A stretch of DNA of 41,043 nt from Ignavibacteria bacterium (lineage in GTDB: Bacteria > Bacteroidota > Ignavibacteria > UBA10030 > UBA6906): NCBI GenBank assembly GCA_003251275.1, contig QKGJ01000132.1, forward strand, positions 1 to 41,043, read 5' to 3'. The position numbers and the translations under genes were made by a program. The notes under the pieces were generated by a model. It made no database searches. It saw only the letters and a list, made by a program, of their open reading frames with translations, and was not told where the DNA came from. Position 1 is the first letter of the stretch; the number at the start of each line of letters is the position of its first letter. Of the stretch, positions 8,850-16,167 are shown piece after piece.

Positions 8850-10415
8850 ATGCGAAAACTACGAATCGGGATCATTGATCTCGTTAGCAAAGGTCCGACA
8901 CGTGCATTATGGGCACGGGTCATGAACGCCAATCTTGCGAGCATCATGCCTCAGGCTGTCGCCGTATGGTGCAAGGAGGAGGGACACGATGTTACTTTTC
9001 TCTCCTATACAGGCTTTGAGAATCTTGCGGAGGAATTGCCCGAGAACGTCGACCTTGTGTTTATTGGCGCCTTCACGGAGGCGGCCCAGGTTGCCTATGC
9101 CCTCAGCAACCAGTTCCAGTCACGCGGCGCGATTACCGTGCTCGGCGGTCCTCATGCCCGTTGCTATCCTCAAGATGCCCAAAAGTACTTCGACTACGTT
9201 GTCGGGCTCACGGACAGATCAGTAATCAGGGATATCCTGCAAGACTGTTCGAAGCACAGACCTCTTGGTATTCGACTCGCAGCAGAAAAACAGCCCGATG
9301 ATATCCCGGGCGTTCGTGAACGATGGGAGTGTATCGAATCTACACTCCGGAAGGCACCTTTTATTAAGATGGTGCCAATGTTAGGCAGCACGGGGTGTCC
9401 TTATACATGCAGCTTCTGCATCGATTCGACAGTCCCGTACCAACCGCTCGATTTTTCCGTGATGAAGGATGACCTCCGGTTCCTTCTCACGAAGTTCAAG
9501 AAACCATTGGTAGGCTGGCACGATCCGAACTTTGGGGTTCGCTTCGATGATTTCATGGGCGTGATGGAAGAGTCTGTCCGTCCCGGCAGTATCGATTTCG
9601 CCGCGGAAAGCAGTCTTTCACTCCTCTCGGAAGCGCATGTGAAGAGGCTGAGGCATAATGGCTTCAAAGCTCTTTTGCCGGGCGTCGAGTCGTGGTACGA
9701 TCTCGGTGGCAAGTCGAGCACCGGTTCCAAGCAAGGCATGGAGAAGGTGCGACGGGTATCCGATCACGTCAATATGATACTGAGACACATCCCGTACATT
9801 CAGACCAACTTCGTGTTGGGACTGGACTCGGACAGCGGTTCCGAACCATTTGAGCTCACGAAACGATTTGTCGATTTGACGCCAGGTGCATTTCCCGGCT
9901 ATTCGCTTCTCTCCTCCTTCGGTGAAGCTGCGCCACTCAATCTGCAATATCAGAGGGAGAATCGGGTTATCGGATTTCCATTCCACTTTTTGAACAATAA
10001 TCTCGCAATGAACCTTAAGCCGACGAACTATTCGTGGCCTTCATTCTACGAACACGTAATCGATCTGACGAAATATACTTTTTCCGCGCGTGCGATCTTT
10101 CGTCGGATCGGGGCGACCCATGCATTTATCCCCCGTTGGTTGAATGTTGTCCGGGCGGTGTCATCGGAGGGATACGGAAGAATCAATCATTACTCAAACG
10201 TGCACCGACAACTTCTTCACGATCAGCAGTTCCGGACATATTTTGAACAGGAGACGACAACGCTTCCCAGCTTCTATTTAAATCAGGTGCAAAAAGACCT
10301 TGGGCCGATGTGGCGGTGGCTTCCGCAGGGGGCACTCTATCATGATCCCAACGCGTATCTGAAGTCCGAAATCGAGATGGCCGAGGAAGAACAGGAAATA
10401 CGCCTGGTCGTATAA
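8850..10415 (+). CDS. B12-binding-domain radical SAM protein (second type, unrelated in detail to 4682..6673)
   Basis: 521 aa. The N-terminal Rossmann-like part is IGIIDLV...VDLVFIGAFTEAAQVAYALS...VLGGPHA. The CxxxCxxC motif is GSTGCPYTCSFCIDS, followed by the LLPGVESW core strand. GGAG lies 8 nt before the ATG. Confidence 0.85.
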   Translation: MRKLRIGIIDLVSKGPTRALWARVMNANLASIMPQAVAVWCKEEGHDVTFLSYTGFENLAEELPENVDLVFIGAFTEAAQVAYALSNQFQSRGAITVLGGPHARCYPQDAQKYFDYVVGLTDRSVIRDILQDCSKHRPLGIRLAAEKQPDDIPGVRERWECIESTLRKAPFIKMVPMLGSTGCPYTCSFCIDSTVPYQPLDFSVMKDDLRFLLTKFKKPLVGWHDPNFGVRFDDFMGVMEESVRPGSIDFAAESSLSLLSEAHVKRLRHNGFKALLPGVESWYDLGGKSSTGSKQGMEKVRRVSDHVNMILRHIPYIQTNFVLGLDSDSGSEPFELTKRFVDLTPGAFPGYSLLSSFGEAAPLNLQYQRENRVIGFPFHFLNNNLAMNLKPTNYSWPSFYEHVIDLTKYTFSARAIFRRIGATHAFIPRWLNVVRAVSSEGYGRINHYSNVHRQLLHDQQFRTYFEQETTTLPSFYLNQVQKDLGPMWRWLPQGALYHDPNAYLKSEIEMAEEEQEIRLVV

Positions 10416-10458
10416 ATACGTTCAACCACTATCGAGGAAACATCAGAGGGAATTTTTC

Positions 10459-10659
10459 ATGATCAAAGTAACAACGACAAAGGCAACTCATCGCGGAGTA
10501 GAAATCAAGGTGATGTCAGAAAATGTCGGTAACGGAACAACCTATTCCTGTTCCAATAATACTGGAAAACCAAAGTTGACGGTGAAGTGGTTTGCTACAC
10601 AGGGTGAAGCCATAGCAAACGAGCGCCGTGAAATTGATGCTGTGCTGCCTGGAAAGTAG
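10459..10659 (+). CDS. Small hypothetical protein immediately downstream of the radical SAM gene
   Basis: 66-aa ORF with an AGAGGGA RBS 8 nt upstream and a 43-nt gap after the stop of the radical SAM gene. I recognise no family. Confidence 0.4.
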   Translation: MIKVTTTKATHRGVEIKVMSENVGNGTTYSCSNNTGKPKLTVKWFATQGEAIANERREIDAVLPGK

Positions 10660-10731
10660 CAGGTGAGGTAGTCATTGGGAAAGAATCGGTCGAGATGGGG
10701 CGCCATTTTATGAAGTGTGCCCATTGTATTG

Positions 10732-10804
10732 TGCCCCCAACCGGATTCGAACCGGTGTTACAAGCTTGAAAAGCTCGTGTCCTAGGCCTCTAGACGATGG
10801 GGGC
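10732..10804 (-). tRNA. tRNA-Glu (anticodon UUC)
   Basis: The reverse complement reads GCCCCCA-TC-GTCTAGAGGCCTAGGACA-CGAGC-TTTTCAA-GCTTG-TAACA-CCGGTTCGAATCCGG-TGGGGGC-A. The cloverleaf is near-identical in layout to E. coli tRNA-Glu, with anticodon loop U-U-UUC-A-A. CCA is not encoded. Confidence 0.9.
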
Positions 10805-10840
10805 GAACAAGGAAGAATTTCGAATGAGAAATGATGTCCG

Positions 10841-11206
10841 TTATCGGTTCACTTCTTTTGCTGCTTGAGCCGTTTTCCTTGACGTAACGAAAATCAAAAC
10901 CAGCTCGTCTCGCTCGCCATGGAGTCGGTTGAACTAATCGTCGCGGACCAGCTTCATTTCATGAAGAGTTCCAGCCAGTACTGGGTTTCGTGAGACTCCT
11001 CGACAACAATGGCAATTTTCGTTACAAGATTGGCCTTCGATCTTGCCCTACAAGCCGAACGATAATTGGCTCCAACGGAAGTTGCAGATCTAATGACTTG
11101 CCGGGAAATTATTTCTGCCGCCTGAGTCGAGGAAGATTGGCCAAGGCATCCATAACATCAAGTACAAATTTCTTGTTCTGTCCCTGAGTTCATCACCCTT
11201 CGCCAT
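10841..11206 (-). pseudogene. Decayed four-helix-bundle protein gene (23S rRNA intervening-sequence protein family, PF05635-like)
   Basis: The minus strand reads MAKGDELRDRTR (frame a), then KFVLDVMDALANLPRLRRQK* (frame b), then EIISRQVIRSATSVGANYRSACRARSKANLVTKIAIVVEESHETQYWLELFMK* (frame c). It then returns to frame a with KLVRDD*FNRLHGERDELVLIFVTSRKTAQAAKEVNR*. That is three -1 shifts (near 11171, 11115 and 10957) plus an in-frame TAG at 10934..10936. The SxTSxGANYR..xRARSKA...K..IV.EE..ET.YWLEL signature is characteristic of the family. No intact ORF of 60 aa or more exists on this strand. Confidence 0.75.
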
Positions 11207-11266
11207 ATCCTTCTCTCCGAGTCCATAGCTCAATCACCATTCAGAATTCCTCATTCCGCATTGCTG

Positions 11267-11340
11267 TGACCCCGCCGCGACTCGAACGCGGAACCTACAG
11301 CTTAGAAGGCTGTTGCTCTATCCAATTGAGCTACGGGGCC
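11267..11340 (-). tRNA. tRNA-Arg (anticodon UCU)
   Basis: The reverse complement reads GGCCCCG-TA-GCTCAATTGGATAGAGC-A-ACAGC-CTTCTAA-GCTGT-AGGTT-CCGCGTTCGAGTCGCGG-CGGGGTC-A. The anticodon loop is C-U-UCU-A-A. Confidence 0.9.
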
Positions 11341-11508
11341 GGCAAGTTAAGCAGGAATTTCATCACGATGGTTCAACTTTTCCCCGATTTCAAGAATCGG
11401 ACGAGAATATACGGGTTTTTGAATCCTGTTGCAATCCAGGAACCAAACTGCCCCTCGGTTCTCGAGAGGCAGCTGAAAAAACTCAAGACAACTATTTCGT
11501 GTCGGTTG

Positions 11509-11583
11509 TCGGGGCGACAGGATTCGAACCTGCGACTTCTTGCTCCCAAAGCAAGCGCTCTAGCCGGGCTGAGCTACGCCCCG
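11509..11583 (-). tRNA. tRNA-Pro (anticodon UGG)
   Basis: The reverse complement reads CGGGGCG-TA-GCTCAGCCCGGCTAGAGC-G-CTTGC-TTTGGGA-GCAAG-AAGTC-GCAGGTTCGAATCCTGT-CGCCCCG-A. The anticodon loop is U-U-UGG-G-A. Confidence 0.9.
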
Positions 11584-11638
11584 ATTGGCAAACGGCGGAA
11601 AGAAGTTACGAAAACCCGACATCGCGTGCAACACAAGA

Positions 11639-13390
11639 CTATCGCAGATAAACCATTTTCCTCGTTTCCACGAAATCACCGGCGCGGAGACGATAGAAGT
11701 ATGTTCCGCTTCCAAGACCCTCTGCGTTGACAAACGCTTCGTGCGTCCCTTCGACTCGATCTTCATTCACCAGAACATGTACCGCTCGCCCCAGCATATC
11801 ATAGAGAACAAGAGAGACGTGTTCCCGCGACGGAATGAAAAACGAAATCTTCGTCGAGTTGTTGAACGGGTTCGGATAGTTCTGACCAAGTTGTACTTTC
11901 GCAGGAAACGAAAGACCGCTTTCGACAGAGACCGGTGGGTTATTTGTGAAAAGAAAAATCAAATCGTCTACTTCATCAATACCAGTAAAATCAAGATCAC
12001 CGTCGTTGTCGCGATCATGAAGTGTTGCGCAGGATCCGGTGCTGGAGGAATTGAGCGTCCGTGGGTTGATGAATATTCCACTTCCGTCATTTTCATAGAC
12101 AGTCCATGAGGCTGAGGCGTAATTACTGGTGACAAGATCAAGATCTCCATCCCCATCGATGTCACCGAGATCGATGGCGATTGGAATTGATCCTGTAGGA
12201 TAAGTGACGGCTGTGTCGAGATGTCCCATTCCATCGCCGAACAGAACGGAAGCGTTATTAAAAGAATTGTTTGCTGATACGACGTCAACATTTCCGTCAC
12301 CATTCACGTCGCCAACCGCAATCATCCATGGTCTTCCTTTGGCTGGACGTTTGTGGGAGAAAACGAAGCTACCTTGGCCGTCGCCAAGCATCAGCGAGAT
12401 CTCATTGCTTCCGAATCCACCTACAAAAAGATCAAGAATCCCATCTCCATTTGCGTCCGCAGTTGCACATGCAGTTTCCTGGCTCACATTCGCTTCCAAG
12501 GTGTCTGTCGCTGTGAAGGAACCAGTTCCGTCATTGGAGAAGAGAATCACATTGCTCCCCGATCTATTCGCAGTGACAATATCCATATCCCCGTCCCCGT
12601 CCAGATCATCTATCGCAACACCCCGCACTTGCTGGGCAGCAGCATAGTTTGTGGGAGTTGTGAGATTTCCCATTCCATCCCCCATGAATATGGTTAGCTT
12701 GTTATTGCCCCCATTGCCAACTGCATAGTCAAGATGGCCATCACCATTGAAGTCAGCTCCCTCATTCGGACTTGGTGACGATCCTCCAGGCATAGGATAA
12801 ACTGCAAATGCACCATATGAACCAGCTCCATTATTAAGAAATAAACGAACATCCACTGAAATCTCGTTCGGTATGGCCAGATCCGAAAAGCCGTCCTCAT
12901 TAAAGTCGCCACCGTATGCTCCGTACGACTGGATACGACCTTCACCGGAACGACGGGTACTGATTGGAGGGGCCGACACAAAGTTAAATGATCCCGGTGC
13001 TGTTTGAATCCAAAACGTCCATGAGTACCCGTGAAGCATGGATTCTCCAGTCGTGTTCTGTAGGTTCTTGGAAAGAGTTACTGTTACGAGTTCCCCAGCT
13101 GAGAATGACCGCTGTGGCGAAAATCGCAACGTCATATTTCCATTCTCAAAAATCGTCAGCCCCTGCATAATTCCCGACCAATGACCGAAAACCATGAGAT
13201 CGGCACTCGAAAAAGAAGAAGGGTTTATCGGCTGATCAAATGTTGCCGTAATATCGGATGTCCCTTGTACGATAAGAGAATGAGAGGTTGGACTTACTGA
13301 ATTTACTACTGGTGCGGTTGCATGTAGTGAGGTGACACACGAGATGAGCAGCGCAACGCACAGAATGAAAGCGGGTTCATTTGATTTCAT
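11639..13390 (-). CDS. Secreted FG-GAP/VCBS (integrin-alpha-like) seven-repeat beta-propeller protein with an N-terminal Ig-like domain and T9SS CTD
   Basis: I place the start at ATG 13390 (GGAGGGG RBS), giving the signal peptide MKSNEPAFILCVALLISCVTSLHA. Seven Ca-binding-type repeats are present: FNEDGFSDL, FNGDGHLDYAVGN, DLDGDGDMDIVTAN, DANGDGILDLFVG, DVNGDGNVDVVSAN, DIDGDGDLDLVTSN, DRDNDGDLDF. The C-terminus is LGQNYPNPFNNSTKISFFIP...YFYRL. Confidence 0.85.
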   Translation of the reverse strand: MKSNEPAFILCVALLISCVTSLHATAPVVNSVSPTSHSLIVQGTSDITATFDQPINPSSFSSADLMVFGHWSGIMQGLTIFENGNMTLRFSPQRSFSAGELVTVTLSKNLQNTTGESMLHGYSWTFWIQTAPGSFNFVSAPPISTRRSGEGRIQSYGAYGGDFNEDGFSDLAIPNEISVDVRLFLNNGAGSYGAFAVYPMPGGSSPSPNEGADFNGDGHLDYAVGNGGNNKLTIFMGDGMGNLTTPTNYAAAQQVRGVAIDDLDGDGDMDIVTANRSGSNVILFSNDGTGSFTATDTLEANVSQETACATADANGDGILDLFVGGFGSNEISLMLGDGQGSFVFSHKRPAKGRPWMIAVGDVNGDGNVDVVSANNSFNNASVLFGDGMGHLDTAVTYPTGSIPIAIDLGDIDGDGDLDLVTSNYASASWTVYENDGSGIFINPRTLNSSSTGSCATLHDRDNDGDLDFTGIDEVDDLIFLFTNNPPVSVESGLSFPAKVQLGQNYPNPFNNSTKISFFIPSREHVSLVLYDMLGRAVHVLVNEDRVEGTHEAFVNAEGLGSGTYFYRLRAGDFVETRKMVYLR

Positions 13391-13614
13391 GATTGTGTCC
13401 CCTCCCTTACATCGGTCAATGTGTGATATTCGCCACCGGAAAGCCACTTCCATGATGTTGACACTTATAAGACTTTTGATTACCCTTTACATAACTGCAC
13501 GTGTATCTCACGTGAACCAATCCAAAGAGCATTGTATTGTCCTGGTGTCCTCACCCTGGCACGCTCACCATGAATATAGGCATTCCTCAATAGAGTTGAA
13601 AGGAAAGGTCGGTT

Positions 13615-16131
13615 ATGGCCAGAAGAGCCGAACCTTTGGTGCGCAGTGTAGAGCAATTGAAAGAGGGAGCAAAGTACCTCAAGATTGCAGACCAGCTGGT
13701 GCGCGAAGGAAAGTACGATGTGGCGCTCAAAGAGATTGCCAAGGCCCGGGCCGCGAATCCTTCCAACCTTTATGCCCTTGCGTATGAAGACCGTGTTCGG
13801 TCACTTCTTCAGGCCAATGACGGAGAAAAATCCAAAGAGCAACGCGGGCGGCTCAAACCGGCAATTGAACAACTTTCCAGTCTTGCGGTCGTGCAAGCAC
13901 AGCGTTCGCTAGACAACGAGCTAAAGAAGGAGAAAGCGCTCCAGAGTCTCCAAAAAGAAAATGATGAACGTCTTTCGCTTGACGAAGTGCGGAAAGCAGC
14001 AATTCAAGAGAAAATCCAGTCGTTTATTACAAGGGTCATTGAATATCAAGCGAAGTCGGACTTTCCACGAGCACTTGCTGAAATTGATCGGGCATATCTC
14101 TTGGACCCGATGAACGAGCAGGTAAGAATACTCGAGGGAGAAATCCGCAATCAGCTCCAGGAGCAGAACAAAAACAAAAAGCTGGAACTGCAGCGGTTGA
14201 GAGAAGAAGAAGAGCATCAACGAAGCGAACTGATTTCATCTGAACAAGAGAAGATTCAACAAGAAATTGACGAGAAGAAGCGACGCGCAGAAGATGCCCG
14301 ACGTGTTGCGCAGGAGCAAAAGGTTCAACAATACGTTCGACAGTCCAAACATCTTCTTGCTGCCGGACAACTCGATGACGCGCTGAGTGAACTTGCATTC
14401 GTCGTTGTTATTGACCCGCTCAACGAAGACGTTCTAAGTCTTGAGCGGGTTATCCGCGAGCGGATGGAGAAGGAGCGAAAGGAACAGCTCGCCCGTGAGA
14501 AAAGGCAAGAAGAAGAGCGCGTCAAGCGGATTGAAGCCGTGCAGGTGACAGTTGCAAAACATATAGAGAGAGCAAACAACCATGCCCGGCAGGGGGATTT
14601 CGATGAGGCTCTTCGCGTTATCACAAGAGCGTATGTCATTGATCCGCTCAGCAAGGATCTAATGGAATGTGAAACGTCCATCCTCCTGGAACAGGATCGT
14701 CGAGCGCATGCGCTTACTGAAGAACAGGTTCGCAAAAAGGAAGAACAGGCGAAGCGGCGCGAAGAGGAACTTCGCAGTCTGGAGAAAGCCGAGCGAGATC
14801 GTTTGCTGGCGCGTGAACACCTGGAGGAGGAGAAGAGGAAGAAGCAGGAAAAAAACAAAATCGGTGAATATCTCACGCGCGCTCGGAAGTATGCTCGTGA
14901 CAATCAATTTGAAAGCGCTTTAGGAGAGCTTGCGCTAGCTTTTGTTCTTGATCCGTTTGATGAAGAAGTGAAAGATGCAGAACAAGAGATTATCACCATG
15001 AGGGAGGGCATTTCCCTCCAATCCGAAGTGCACCCGAGTTCTGCCGAGGAAGCAATAACTCACTTCGAAAATGCCCAGCGGATGCGTAAGGCATCACGAT
15101 TTGATGATGCACTGGAGGAATTGGCGAAAGCATTCGTGCTGGATCCGTTGAACCCTGCTATCCAGAAGTTAGACGATGAAATCCATGAGGAATACAGGAC
15201 GTTTCAAGCTGCTGAGAAACAGATTGAGGTTGAGCAGGAACCCTCGGCCCGAGAGAATTTGTGGCGGGCGATGGAGCTTCTTGACCGCAGTGAGCATTGT
15301 GACGCCCTCCGCGAAGTTGAGAATGGTCTCTCTCTGGAGCCTCAGAACGAAGATCTTCTAACTCTCCGGTCGGAGATCGAGAAGATCATTGTAGGAACAT
15401 CGACCATTGAAGAGTGTATAGCCCGCGCAGGTGAGTTTCTTGCGGAGGAAAAATACCACAAGGCACTAAAAGAAGTTGAAGCAGGCCTGAACGAATTCCC
15501 TAATTCGATCGAACTTCTTGGCTTGCGCTCAGAAATTGAAAATGCCCGCGACAAGGAAGTAGAGAGGATTATTATTGAATCGCGGCGGCTTTTGCCCGAA
15601 GGAAATCAAGAGGATGTCCGCATCCTCCTTGAGAAAGGATTTCTGCTTTCTCCAGACAATTCGCTACTCCAGGAGATTTCGCGCGAATTAGATGAAGAAG
15701 GTCATTCTGGTGATGAAACAATCCTTCGCCATATTGAGATGGCGAAGGAAAATCTTCGTGCGGGCACATATGAAGAAGCCCTTGCCCAAATTGCGCTTGG
15801 GCTCACGGTGGATCCCGAAAACAATGAACTGCGCGGCCTTGAGGCGGAGACGTGGAGGAGGAGCGGAAACGATCGAGCGGGCGAAGATCCTGACACACGG
15901 AGTTCTGCTGAAGAGGTAAAGGAGCATCTGCAACGGGCCATGGACTTTCACGATTCCGATGACTGCACCAGTGCCCTCGATGAGGTAGCGAAAGCATATG
16001 CCCTTGATCCACTGAATCCTGAAATCCGCAGCGTTGAGAATCGCATCCGCCAGACGGAACTTCGCCAGCAGAAGGAAGAGACACCGCTCAAGCTCATCTA
16101 TCCCGACCAGAAACGGGTCGGCCATTCGTAG
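13615..16131 (+). CDS. Large soluble protein with 11 TPR-like helix-turn-helix units separated by E/K/R-rich coiled-coil linkers
   Basis: 838 aa with no signal peptide or TM segment and a GAAAGG RBS. The recurring roughly 45-aa unit is ...(G/S)x(Y/F)xxAL(x)E(I/V)xxAxx(L/I)DP(L/F)Nxx(V/I)xxLExxI. Its cores lie at residues 48, 164, 267, 343, 446, 510, 575, 628, 679, 733 and 798. Confidence 0.8.
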   Translation: MARRAEPLVRSVEQLKEGAKYLKIADQLVREGKYDVALKEIAKARAANPSNLYALAYEDRVRSLLQANDGEKSKEQRGRLKPAIEQLSSLAVVQAQRSLDNELKKEKALQSLQKENDERLSLDEVRKAAIQEKIQSFITRVIEYQAKSDFPRALAEIDRAYLLDPMNEQVRILEGEIRNQLQEQNKNKKLELQRLREEEEHQRSELISSEQEKIQQEIDEKKRRAEDARRVAQEQKVQQYVRQSKHLLAAGQLDDALSELAFVVVIDPLNEDVLSLERVIRERMEKERKEQLAREKRQEEERVKRIEAVQVTVAKHIERANNHARQGDFDEALRVITRAYVIDPLSKDLMECETSILLEQDRRAHALTEEQVRKKEEQAKRREEELRSLEKAERDRLLAREHLEEEKRKKQEKNKIGEYLTRARKYARDNQFESALGELALAFVLDPFDEEVKDAEQEIITMREGISLQSEVHPSSAEEAITHFENAQRMRKASRFDDALEELAKAFVLDPLNPAIQKLDDEIHEEYRTFQAAEKQIEVEQEPSARENLWRAMELLDRSEHCDALREVENGLSLEPQNEDLLTLRSEIEKIIVGTSTIEECIARAGEFLAEEKYHKALKEVEAGLNEFPNSIELLGLRSEIENARDKEVERIIIESRRLLPEGNQEDVRILLEKGFLLSPDNSLLQEISRELDEEGHSGDETILRHIEMAKENLRAGTYEEALAQIALGLTVDPENNELRGLEAETWRRSGNDRAGEDPDTRSSAEEVKEHLQRAMDFHDSDDCTSALDEVAKAYALDPLNPEIRSVENRIRQTELRQQKEETPLKLIYPDQKRVGHS

Positions 16132-16167
16132 CAATTCGTTCCGCGCACCCGGCAAGAAACTCAGCCT

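Noticed and set aside
10660-11640. tRNA cluster as an integration hotspot or mobile-element boundary
   Set aside because: I saw no integrase, no transposase, no duplicated tRNA 3' half and no flanking direct repeats. The only insert-like element is the decayed four-helix-bundle gene.
11266-12109. Plus-strand ORFs 11266..11730, 11313..11651 and 11585..12109
   Set aside because: They overlap two well-formed minus-strand tRNA genes and the 3' end of the FG-GAP gene, so they are artefacts.
13557-13572. TGGCACG, a perfect -24-like element 55 nt upstream of the 838-aa gene
   Set aside because: The position where TTGC should lie reads CCAT, so there is no -12 GC at the correct spacing. I do not treat it as a sigma-54 promoter.
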